Positions 1 through 7,839 are shown, counted from the stretch's first letter. The stretch: 18,655 bases of DNA from Promethearchaeota archaeon (GCA_027031765.1 JALVPN010000039.1:1-18655), one strand, 5' to 3'. A program made the numbers and translations. The notes: generated by a model not told the origin, from the sequence alone.

Positions 1-2
1 GA

Positions 3-551
3 CTCCTTCCACACCTCTTGGCACGTATTGACGGACGCGCAACAGTGCATGACATCGCTGCTGACCGGTCGTCGGAGATGTACCAGCTGCTGGACTACCT
101 CTTTGCGAAGCAGGCGGTTGAGATCCTCACCCCTGAGAAGAAGAGGATATTGCTGGCGAAAGAGCTCCTGCAGAAGATGGTGGAGACCGCTACGCGCACG
201 TACTCCGATGGGGTGGCCCAGGCCTGTCTGCGCGAGGCACTGGATGCAGTGGACCAGCCCGAGATAGTCTCTGAGGTGCAGCTGGGGCCGGGGGGCTTCA
301 ATATCGACTATTCGTTCCTCGTGTACGACGGGCTCAGACCACACAGGGTCATGGAACTACATGACCAGTGGATATCATTGCTCGAGGAGTTCCTGGACCG
401 GTTGCCGAAGAAGCGGAAGAAGAAGTACGTCGAAGAGCTGATGGGAGTGCTGCACGAGGAGTTCTTTGAGAAGTACAGCAGTACCGAGCTGGACGGTATA
501 GAGAGGCTCACACTTAGGCTGGAGGCCCAGCTGAGCGGGGGACAGTCCTGA
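3..551 (+). CDS. 5'-truncated hypothetical protein: winged-helix segment (NPRL2/DUF4388-like) followed by a helical domain
   Basis: Frame is open from base 3 (LLPHL precedes the TTG at 18), so the true start is probably upstream of the window. LLARIDGRATVHDIA...QLLDYLFAKQAVEIL fits the IDG-x3-V-x2-IA wHTH pattern. Stop is TGA at 549-551. Confidence 0.75.
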   Translation, partial: LLPHLLARIDGRATVHDIAADRSSEMYQLLDYLFAKQAVEILTPEKKRILLAKELLQKMVETATRTYSDGVAQACLREALDAVDQPEIVSEVQLGPGGFNIDYSFLVYDGLRPHRVMELHDQWISLLEEFLDRLPKKRKKKYVEELMGVLHEEFFEKYSSTELDGIERLTLRLEAQLSGGQS

Positions 552-711
552 GCGGTGTCGCACGGGGATGTTGGCACCGCACCCCCACACACAGTGTGGC
601 CCACAGTCATTCGCCCCTCTGCCGCAGGCGCGGACATGCGAGAAGGAGTAATATGTGGCGACTACGTAGCTATTCCCACTCACGAGAGGACTGATACAGA
701 GGACTCAGAAG

Positions 712-1449
712 ATGACTGTCACCATTGACCCGGAAAGGGCAGTAGAGATCAGACCCGGCGTGTGGTGGGTCGGCTGGCCGGACTACGACGCGGGTTTCTC
801 GAACAACCCGTACCTCATAGTTGACGGCCAGGAAGTTGTACTAATAGACCCTGGTTCAAGGCTGGATGTCCACTGGGCCTGGGTGAAGAAGAAGGTCGAG
901 TCGGTGGTGCCCATTGAGAAGATAACCATGGTCATAGTCCACCATCAGGACCCAGACCTGTGCGCTGCAATCCCGCTCATCGAGGAGGCCGTCGGTGTCA
1001 ACAACTTCGAGATTGTCACCACCGAGAGGACCGCGCTGTTCATCCCCTACTATGGGGTCAAGACCGAGGTGACGGCCATTGGGGACGGAGAGTACATGGA
1101 GATCGGTGAGAGTGGGAGGGAACTGCACTTCATCACGTCGCCGTACCTGCACTTCCCCGGTGCCTTCGTGACGTACGACAAGAAGGAGAAGATACTGTTC
1201 TCATCGGACATCTTTGCGGGCTTCTCGATAGACTGGTCACTGTTCGCCAACGAGTACTATATGGAGGCCATGAAGGTGTTCTCGCAGCCATACCTGTCAG
1301 ACCAGCGTCCTGTCCGGAACTTCCTGCGGAAGGTCAGGGGCATTGAGATTGAGATGATATGTCCACAGCACGGCTCGATAATCCCAAAGGACAAGGTACA
1401 GGAGGCTATCGACACGCTGTGGGACCTGGAGGTGGGCGTATGGGAGTAG
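712..1449 (+). CDS. MBL-fold di-iron protein, ODP (oxygen-binding di-iron protein) / FprA N-terminal type, no flavodoxin domain
   Basis: Motifs IDPG, HHQDPDLC, PYLHFPGAFVTYD, LFSSDIF and ICPQHGSII. It is 245 aa and ends right after the MBL domain. HQDPD rather than HxExDH points to the ODP subfamily. Confidence 0.85.
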   Translation: MTVTIDPERAVEIRPGVWWVGWPDYDAGFSNNPYLIVDGQEVVLIDPGSRLDVHWAWVKKKVESVVPIEKITMVIVHHQDPDLCAAIPLIEEAVGVNNFEIVTTERTALFIPYYGVKTEVTAIGDGEYMEIGESGRELHFITSPYLHFPGAFVTYDKKEKILFSSDIFAGFSIDWSLFANEYYMEAMKVFSQPYLSDQRPVRNFLRKVRGIEIEMICPQHGSIIPKDKVQEAIDTLWDLEVGVWE

Positions 1450-1451
1450 AC

Positions 1452-1769
1452 ATGGAACGGGTCAAGGAGCTGGTCTCCACCCTTGTGGCACGTGGCCTCG
1501 GCCTGTACGGTCGCGAGAAGATGGCCCGCATATGCTACGACTCGGGCGTCGCCCTGATGGATGATGACACTACCGACTGGTTGGACGACGATGTGGAGGC
1601 GGCCCTCCACAGGTTCTTGGTCAACTATGCCAAGTTCAACGTGGCCGCCAAGATGACGGTACTGGTGCTCGCCAAGAAGTTCGGCGTGCCGGTGCCAGAA
1701 GAGCTGAGACGCAAGAAGCGGCGGCTCTCACGGCTCAGGCGGCTCCTCTCACGCGGGCGCGACAACTAG
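1452..1769 (+). CDS. Small helical hypothetical protein (105 aa) with a basic C-terminal tail
   Basis: ATG at 1452 lies 2 nt after the ODP stop, preceded by GGGAG. The ORF-track start at 1359 overlaps the ODP gene and is not used. The tail is RRKKRRLSRLRRLLSRGR. Confidence 0.75.
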   Translation: MERVKELVSTLVARGLGLYGREKMARICYDSGVALMDDDTTDWLDDDVEAALHRFLVNYAKFNVAAKMTVLVLAKKFGVPVPEELRRKKRRLSRLRRLLSRGRDN

Positions 1770-2047
1770 GCCGTGTCCGGCGACATTGGACATGTGCGAC
1801 CCCAAGATGTGGACGTGGATGTGGGTGGCCGTCCACATGGACGTAGCCAGTGACGTGCATTGTCCCACCGGTGCCCAACGGTGCGGGGTACTGACGGACA
1901 GACTGCGACTGGCACCACCGCTCCATGCAGCACCACTGGACTGCTCAGACATGGGACAGCACCGGTGTTTGACAGGGGGCTGGTGGTCGGGCCCGCGGCA
2001 CTGCGCATGCCCCGAGGGGCCCTGACCACTGACTGCGACCGTCGCCC

Positions 2048-3442
2048 TCAGCCGGTGACGGAGAAGCCCTCAAAGACCATGGTCGGGACTGTCACCCCGA
2101 AGGGCGTGAGGGTGGTGTCTGACCCGATACTGGCCAGCTCTCTGAGCCCATCATAGAAGTGTCCTGCGACACTCACTGATCTCAGTGGGTGCTCCACAGA
2201 ACCGTTGACGACGAGGAACGCCGAGGTGGCGACCGCGGAGAACTCGCCAGTCGCGATGTTGGAGTGGAAGATGCCAATGGGCATCTCAGTGATGAGCACC
2301 GCCTTGCCGTCGACCGATGCGATGAGGTCGTCCGGACTCCTGCGTCCCTCCTTTACGACAAGGCCCTTGGTACCGACGGAGGGGGAGCTCTCATACGGTG
2401 CGTTACCACCGAAGAGTTCGCGGCCACGGGCACAGTTACCAGTGGACTCGACGCCGAAGACCTTTGCATGGTAGTGGTCGAAGAGGAAGCCCTTCAGGAC
2501 ACCGCGCTCGATGACGACGTTCTTCTTCTGCGGGCTGCCCTCGGCGTCAACAGCCTGTGTGTTCAGTCCGACCGGGTCCTGTCCGTCATCGTATATTGTG
2601 AGGGCCTTGCTCGCCATCTGTTCGCCTATGTGGTCACACAGTGGCGACACGCCCTCAACGACCGGGCGGCCGAGCGTGGAACGGCCAACTGATGCCAGCA
2701 GGAAGGCACCCGCGGCCCGTGGCGACCATACTGTGGTCATGGTAGTGGTGGCATCGAACGGTGAGGCACCGTGCTGGCTCGCGGCCTCAGATGTTGCGTC
2801 CCGGCCGATGCCGTCAACATTGTATGCCCTGTCGCGAGCGATGTCAAATCCCAGACCGGTCTTGCGTTCCTCACCCACCTTTGTCATGACGTACGCTGTA
2901 CACAGGTTCAGGCCACCACGTGATGCTGCCATCACGCCGTTCGTGTTGCCCACCGCATAGCCGCCCCAGCCCGCGGACGCCTCAGCACTCACCATGACGA
3001 CGCGTCCATCGGTGGCCTTTGCCTCCTCCACAATCCGCTGGCAGTCACGCACCAGTGTCTCGACATCAAGTTCCAAGATGGAGTCAGCGAGGACGCCCTC
3101 GCGGCCGGGTGGCCTCGGCTCAACAAAACCGGGGAACCGCTCGTCCTCCACCGAAACACCGTGTACTATTCCCAGCGCCTCCCTGATGCTGAGCTTGACG
3201 CGCTCGCTGGTGGCACCGCTCGAACACGCAAAGCCGACCCGCCTGCCCTTTGCCACACGCACGGCGTTGCCTGCAACCACGCCAGACTTGGCCGCAACAA
3301 CGCCCTGTGTAATCTCGGCCTCGGCCGAGCTCTGGTAGCAGACGTACACTTCGAACTCCGCGTCCGGGTCTGCAGACGAGCCGTACTTGAGGGCACTGTC
3401 TACAACACTCAGAAGTCCGTCCTTGATACTATCGTAGTCCAT
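2048..3442 (-). CDS. pmbA: TldD/PmbA family protein, non-catalytic PmbA (TldE) subunit
   Basis: 464 aa, with AVRVAKGRRVGFA, IYDDG...DAEGSPQ, NIATGEFS and V.HPLRSVSVAG motifs. No HExxxH. It lies directly downstream of tldD. Confidence 0.9.
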   Translation of the reverse strand: MDYDSIKDGLLSVVDSALKYGSSADPDAEFEVYVCYQSSAEAEITQGVVAAKSGVVAGNAVRVAKGRRVGFACSSGATSERVKLSIREALGIVHGVSVEDERFPGFVEPRPPGREGVLADSILELDVETLVRDCQRIVEEAKATDGRVVMVSAEASAGWGGYAVGNTNGVMAASRGGLNLCTAYVMTKVGEERKTGLGFDIARDRAYNVDGIGRDATSEAASQHGASPFDATTTMTTVWSPRAAGAFLLASVGRSTLGRPVVEGVSPLCDHIGEQMASKALTIYDDGQDPVGLNTQAVDAEGSPQKKNVVIERGVLKGFLFDHYHAKVFGVESTGNCARGRELFGGNAPYESSPSVGTKGLVVKEGRRSPDDLIASVDGKAVLITEMPIGIFHSNIATGEFSAVATSAFLVVNGSVEHPLRSVSVAGHFYDGLRELASIGSDTTLTPFGVTVPTMVFEGFSVTG

Positions 3443-3450
3443 CGTCGCGT

Positions 3451-3455
3451 CCTCC
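3451..3455 (-). promoter_or_regulatory. Shine-Dalgarno GGAGG for pmbA
   Basis: CCTCC on the plus strand, 8 nt upstream of the pmbA ATG and overlapping the tldD stop codon. Confidence 0.7.
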
Positions 3456-4882
3456 TAGCTTGCCCGGCCCCCAAAGACCACGCCGTCCATCACAAGCATG
3501 GGCCCACCCAGGCCGACGGGCAGGGGCGACTGGCCGCCCTTACCGCAGCCACCGAAGTACCCCGAGAACAGCTTGAGCTCCTTGGTCGCACCCTCGACAC
3601 GGCCAAGCAGCTCAAGGATGTTGCCTGATAGCGACACCTCACGGACTGGGTACTTGACCTCACCGTTCTCGACCCAGTAGCCGCGTATTGCCTTGAACAG
3701 GAAGGAGCCGTCGCCTTCGACCTGGCCGCCCTGGGTCTGCACCGCATAGACGCCGGTACCTAGGAGTTCGAGCGCCTCCTCTTCCGTGAGGTCGCCCGGC
3801 ACGAAGAAGGTGTTGGTCATGCGCGGTATTGGCGGGAACGCAAAGGTCACCGCACGTGCATTGCCGGTGGGCCGCTGTCCGAGGTGCTTGGCCGTGCCCC
3901 GGTTGTGGAGGTAGTGTTCCAGGGTACCATGGTCAAGGACCACGGTGCGGTCAGCGGGGGTGCCCTGGTCATCGTAGGGGACCCATAGGCCGCCGTACGC
4001 CTTCACATCCGGGGTGCCCGTGTCCACAATTGTTGTGTGCTCCGTACCGAGCTTCTCACCAATCTTTCCTGTGAGCGGCGAGCCACCTGTCACAATGAAG
4101 TCCGCCTCGCTGAGGTGTCCGAACGACTCGTGGGCCAGTACGCCGACCAGGTGGTTCTCCACCAGTGCCCGCATCCTGCCGGCCGGACAGGGGTGTGCCC
4201 TGAGCTGTTCCTTCGCACGCAGACCTGCCTCGCGGCCGATGTCCTCAGGCGTGTGGCCGTCTGTGCTGAAGAACTCCAGGCCGAAGGTACCGCCATAGCC
4301 CTCCGAGCCCGTGACGAGGGCGCCACTGTCAGTGCGTGACGTGACCACGCAACGCAGGTCCGTCACCAGGAACTCCCAGTCAATATGCGAGCCGTCGCTG
4401 TTGACGAGCGTCTTCCGGCCGTAGAGCTCGCCGTAGAGGCCTCGGACATTGCGGATGTCCGCTCCATGCTCGCGGGCCGACTCCACCATCCTGTTGACGA
4501 GTCCGGTCTTGAAGGCCAGGTCGTGGTCACGTGGATGGGCCCTCACGCGCACCGTGTCAGAAGGGCGGCTCTCCACCGCAGTGCCACGGTCAAAGGGTAG
4601 GCGCAGGGTGGCCGCCCCACTTGACGCACGGGCCATCTTGAACGCCCGTTCTGCGGCCTGCTTGACGTCGGCCCAGTCGGTGCTCGCCGTGAAGGAGAAA
4701 CCCGACACGCCTTCGTAGTAACATGACACGCCCACTCCGGAACGCGACTTCACCTCGATGTCCTTCCACACATCGTCCGTGCGGTGAAGGGTCCGGAGGA
4801 CAAGGTCATCATAGCGGGCCTCCACAGCCTCAGCGCCCAGAGACTCGCCGTACTCGACGCATTTCTCAAGGGTGTCTATCAT
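3455..4882 (-). CDS. tldD: TldD/PmbA family metalloprotease, catalytic TldD subunit
   Basis: 475 aa, with AHESFGHLSEAD (HExxGH), YDDQG, IPRMTNT and C-terminal CGKGGQ (the Cys metal ligand). Confidence 0.93.
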   Translation of the reverse strand: MIDTLEKCVEYGESLGAEAVEARYDDLVLRTLHRTDDVWKDIEVKSRSGVGVSCYYEGVSGFSFTASTDWADVKQAAERAFKMARASSGAATLRLPFDRGTAVESRPSDTVRVRAHPRDHDLAFKTGLVNRMVESAREHGADIRNVRGLYGELYGRKTLVNSDGSHIDWEFLVTDLRCVVTSRTDSGALVTGSEGYGGTFGLEFFSTDGHTPEDIGREAGLRAKEQLRAHPCPAGRMRALVENHLVGVLAHESFGHLSEADFIVTGGSPLTGKIGEKLGTEHTTIVDTGTPDVKAYGGLWVPYDDQGTPADRTVVLDHGTLEHYLHNRGTAKHLGQRPTGNARAVTFAFPPIPRMTNTFFVPGDLTEEEALELLGTGVYAVQTQGGQVEGDGSFLFKAIRGYWVENGEVKYPVREVSLSGNILELLGRVEGATKELKLFSGYFGGCGKGGQSPLPVGLGGPMLVMDGVVFGGRAS

Positions 4883-4962
4883 GGTAGGACCTCTTCATAC
4901 GTCATTGCACAGTCCCATAGCAATGAGCAAACCCACATGCTGACTACTTCTTGATCCGGACA

Positions 4963-4968
4963 ATAAAA
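4963..4968 (-). promoter_or_regulatory. Putative TATA box for tldD-pmbA
   Basis: TTTTAT on the minus strand about 80 nt upstream of the tldD ATG, in an otherwise GC-rich spacer. Confidence 0.4.
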
Positions 4969-5028
4969 GCATGGCCTTGTGCGCCTATTGCCACACAGCG
5001 TGACAGTACTCACCCCACCGGGGGCAGG

Positions 5029-5047
5029 TGGTTTCAGTGTGAAACCA
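5029..5047. promoter_or_regulatory. Perfect 8-bp inverted repeat TGGTTTCA-N3-TGAAACCA, possible transcription-factor operator
   Basis: Read directly in the divergent tldD / radical SAM spacer, between the two candidate TATA boxes. Confidence 0.45.
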
Positions 5048-5171
5048 TGGGGCGGCCCGCAGGCACAGCGTCGTGCCCACAGGACACCGCCAGGACTGGC
5101 CTCTTGAGAGTGTGGGTCAGGGGGTGCACCCGGCTCCTCGGGCCGCTGCACTGTGCTGGACACTGGAAGGG

Positions 5172-5177
5172 TTATAT
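5172..5177 (+). promoter_or_regulatory. TATA box (TTATAT) with purine-rich BRE-like flank; probably a leaderless transcript of the radical SAM gene
   Basis: GGAAGGGTTATATC starts its TATA 30 nt before the ATG at 5202, the spacing expected for a leaderless archaeal mRNA. No SD is present. Confidence 0.6.
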
Positions 5178-5201
5178 CTGCAGCTGCTGACCATTCTTGC
5201 G

Positions 5202-6083
5202 ATGCCACACTACGAGGGGACCATCTGGCGGCCTCCAAGTGAGGCCCGCAGCCTGATCTTGCAGGCCACGGTAGGGTGCTCGCACAACGCCTGTATCTTC
5301 TGTGTGTCCTACCGTGACAGGGAGTTCAGGGTGCGTGGTGCAGAGGGCATAGCCTCCGACCTCAGGTCGCTGGACGGTCGGCTGCTGGCCCGTGTCAGGA
5401 GGGTCTTCCTTGCAGATGGCAACGCGCTTGCAATGAGCACCACAGAGATGGAGGAGTGCCTCGACGTACTCAGGGAGCACCTGCCATCCCTTGAGAGGGT
5501 CGGGGTCTACGCATATGCGAAGGACCTTCGGGACAAGACCGTCGGAGGCCTGAGGCGGCTGCGCGGCCGGGGACTGGGGATTGTCTACCTCGGGCTTGAG
5601 ACCGGTGACGAAGACCTGCTGAGGTGGTGCCGGAAGGGTGTCACGGTGCGCGAGACTATCGAGGCGTGCAAGAAGATACGGCAGGCCGGGATTCCCCTCT
5701 CGCTGACCATCATCTTGGGGCTCGGCGGCAGGGAGCGTTCGAGGGCCCACGCCACCGCCACTGCACGGGCACTCAACGAGATAGACCCTGAGTATGTGGG
5801 TGCTCTCACCCTGATGACGCCCCCGGGCGTTCCCATCTACGACATGGTGCGGGACGGCAGGTTCAGGGCGATGGGACCGCTCGAAGTGCTGGGTGAACTG
5901 AGGACGCTTGTGGAGGGCCTGGACCTCACGGACTGCACGTTCCGGACGAACCATGCGTCAAACTACCTCCCACTAGGTGGCACCCTTGGCCGTGACAAGA
6001 GCCTGCTCCTTGATGCTATCGACAGGGTGCTCATGACTGGTGACACCACTATGCTGCGGCCGGAGGGCCTGAGGGGACTGTGA
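5202..6083 (+). CDS. Radical SAM protein (COG1032-like, RPPSE family, no B12-binding domain), 293 aa
   Basis: YEGTIWRPPSEA...GCSHNACIFC (CX4CX2C cluster motif), FLADGNAL, YLGLETGD, IILGLGG and FRTNHASNYL. The start is set at ATG 5202 from the family N-terminus and TATA spacing; the track start at 5073 is too long. Confidence 0.9.
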   Translation: MPHYEGTIWRPPSEARSLILQATVGCSHNACIFCVSYRDREFRVRGAEGIASDLRSLDGRLLARVRRVFLADGNALAMSTTEMEECLDVLREHLPSLERVGVYAYAKDLRDKTVGGLRRLRGRGLGIVYLGLETGDEDLLRWCRKGVTVRETIEACKKIRQAGIPLSLTIILGLGGRERSRAHATATARALNEIDPEYVGALTLMTPPGVPIYDMVRDGRFRAMGPLEVLGELRTLVEGLDLTDCTFRTNHASNYLPLGGTLGRDKSLLLDAIDRVLMTGDTTMLRPEGLRGL

Positions 6084-6187
6084 CCAATGATACTCGTGTC
6101 CACTGCCACCAATGATACTCGTGTCCACTGCCACCAATGATACTCGTGTCCACTGCCACCAATGATACTCGTGTCCACTGCCACCAA
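6083..6187. repeat. Perfect tandem repeat, 25-bp unit ACCAATGATACTCGTGTCCACTGCC x4 plus 5 nt
   Basis: Identical units start at 6083, 6108, 6133 and 6158, followed by a partial ACCAA at 6183-6187. There are no spacers. Confidence 0.97.
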
Positions 6188-6541
6188 GTTGTCCTACGCC
6201 CACGACGGTACACGCGGGCAGCCCGTGCAACTGGCGGACAGGTCTTCCAGAGCCCATACAGGTGCCCGGGAGTATGAGTGCTGCTGGTGCGGCGTGGGTG
6301 TACCACAGTCTGCCACTTTGGGCATCTGATGTGTTGCAAGGACTTGCCACCTGTAACCCGAGTGGCCGACAGGTTGCATATGCATAAGGTAATAAGGGGC
6401 TGCGAGCAGGGACGGTCAGCAGGCGTACCAAGCAGGGAGAAGACTTGACTTGAGCGGCTGACGCACGCGCCGGCCCTTCTCGGAAGGGGAGTATCAACTG
6501 TTCTTGACACGCCTGTCATCTGAAAGATGCGAGATAGTACG

Positions 6542-7054
6542 ATGAACTACGAGAGAGATACAGAGCCAGTTGAGGCTACTGTTGCAGACCTCAGGCCCAG
6601 GATGCGCAACATAACGATAACGTTCCGGGTCGTCGGGGTCGGCGATGAGCGCGAGGTCGTATCGCGCAGTGATGGCTCGGTCCACAGGGTTGCTGACGCG
6701 GTTGTTGGCGACTCGACCGGCACAGTACAGGTCCCACTCTGGGACGAGACCATCGACGAGGTCGAGGTCGGGGAGACCTACGTCCTGACAAACGGTTACA
6801 CTGGCCTTTTCAGGGGCAACCTCCGCCTGAACATTGGCCGTTATGGGCAGCTCGCAAGAGCCGAGGAGCCCATCGAAGAAGTCAATACCGAGACCGACAT
6901 GTCTGCTGCTGAGCACGACGACCCCCGCCGCCCGCGCAGGGACTACGGCGGTAGTCGGAGTGGGGGCTTCAGTTCCAGCTATGGTGGCAGGAGCTACGGT
7001 GGCAGCAGCCGCCGGGGCAGGTACAGTAGCAGGGGCCGGGGCCGGCGCTACTAG
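6542..7054 (+). CDS. ssb: Single OB-fold single-stranded DNA-binding protein (crenarchaeal SSB / NABP-like) with R/G/S/Y low-complexity tail
   Basis: TVADLRP...VADAVVGDSTGTVQVPLWDE...VGETYVLTNGYTGLFRGNLRLNIGRYG is the typical single-OB SSB pattern. An alternative ATG lies at 6527. Confidence 0.85.
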   Translation: MNYERDTEPVEATVADLRPRMRNITITFRVVGVGDEREVVSRSDGSVHRVADAVVGDSTGTVQVPLWDETIDEVEVGETYVLTNGYTGLFRGNLRLNIGRYGQLARAEEPIEEVNTETDMSAAEHDDPRRPRRDYGGSRSGGFSSSYGGRSYGGSSRRGRYSSRGRGRRY

Positions 7055-7162
7055 TATCACGTGCAGCACTCCGTAGCAGACAGCACGCAACACCAACAGC
7101 AGGCCGTGCGGTGTGCACCGGACGCACAGTCCGGCACCGCCGCGCAGGGCCTCACGCGTGGC

Positions 7163-7218
7163 AGGGGACGCCTGACCGGCTGTCTGGTCGTCCTGTGCCG
7201 CGTCCCTTCTTTGTTTTT
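7163..7218 (+). terminator. Hairpin plus T-tract downstream of ssb
   Basis: 9-bp stem 7163-7171/7200-7208 (one G-U), with an inner stem 7174-7179/7184-7189, running into TTCTTTGTTTTT. Confidence 0.55.
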
Positions 7219-7431
7219 GCTTCCACTACTCCCGTCCTGGCGCCGTTCGTGCTGGTCTGACCTGGACGGTCTGCTGTGGTCACACGTCACGATAGACGGA
7301 CGGGAGATGGCTACCACATCCGAGGGCCATGTGCATGCGTGGACGCATGTACGCACGTAGTATGACCTACGACAACATTGAATAGCGGGCTGGAGAATAC
7401 TAGGCTAACAGAGGAGACTGAAGGTCTGACG

Positions 7432-7839
7432 ATGGACAAGATCTACGTGATAAGCTGTGGACAGGACCTTGCAAGGATGGGCATAGACAGACGGCGGATG
7501 GGCGTTGAAGGCCTTGAAGAGACTGAGATTTCTCTTGACTGGAGCAGTGCCCGACTGGTGCCAGTCGTGGCTGATGAGCGGGTGTCCTTCCTGCCGTGCG
7601 AGTCCAAAATCGTGTCTATAAGACCGGTCACCGTGCCCGCCTATGCAATGGTGTTGCGCTCGTTCTACGGCGTCAATGGAATGGGCGACCTCAACTGCAT
7701 AGGTTCCATGAAGTTCAGGCCGTTCACTGAGGACCGTGTGGCCGACAAGGCGATGTTCTACTCAAGGATAAAGGCCGCCGTCATGAAGGGTGACCTGCTG
7801 GGACAGGTCCTGGTTGTCAGGGGCACGCCAAAGTCATGA
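7432..7839 (+). CDS. DUF22 domain protein (135 aa)
   Basis: PVVADERV...KIVSIRPVTVP...AMF...KGDLLGQVLVV matches my recollection of the archaeal DUF22 pattern (PIIADE...KIxIxxIxIP...KGDLLG). The start at 7432 is chosen over the TTG at 7378. Confidence 0.7.
   Translation: MDKIYVISCGQDLARMGIDRRRMGVEGLEETEISLDWSSARLVPVVADERVSFLPCESKIVSIRPVTVPAYAMVLRSFYGVNGMGDLNCIGSMKFRPFTEDRVADKAMFYSRIKAAVMKGDLLGQVLVVRGTPKS

Noticed and set aside
712-1449. Full flavodiiron NO/O2 reductase (FprA)
   Set aside because: No flavodoxin domain follows, and the motif is HQDPD rather than HxExDH.
1452-1769. H-NOX haem sensor (YGREK...I...SG resembles the first H-NOX helices)
   Set aside because: Too short, with no YxSxR motif and no His at the proximal-ligand position.
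1786-2025. Cys/Trp-rich 79-aa ORF as a RiPP precursor for TldDE or the radical SAM enzyme
   Set aside because: No SD, no leader/core pattern, and several equally long overlapping ORFs in this GC-rich spacer. A 9-bp hairpin at 1807-1815/1830-1838 suggests non-coding DNA.
6083-6187. CRISPR array
   Set aside because: Units are directly adjacent with no unique spacers, and there are no cas genes in the window.
5029-6187. Replication origin (ORB-like words at 5031-5045 and in the tandem repeat)
   Set aside because: Matches are partial and lack G-strings. There is no cdc6/orc1 gene and no extended AT-rich unwinding element. Kept only as a side hypothesis for the repeat.
6112-6329. Short ORFs starting at the ATG in each repeat unit (e.g. 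6162-6329, 55 aa)
   Set aside because: The starts are a by-product of the repeat, there is no SD and no recognisable domain.
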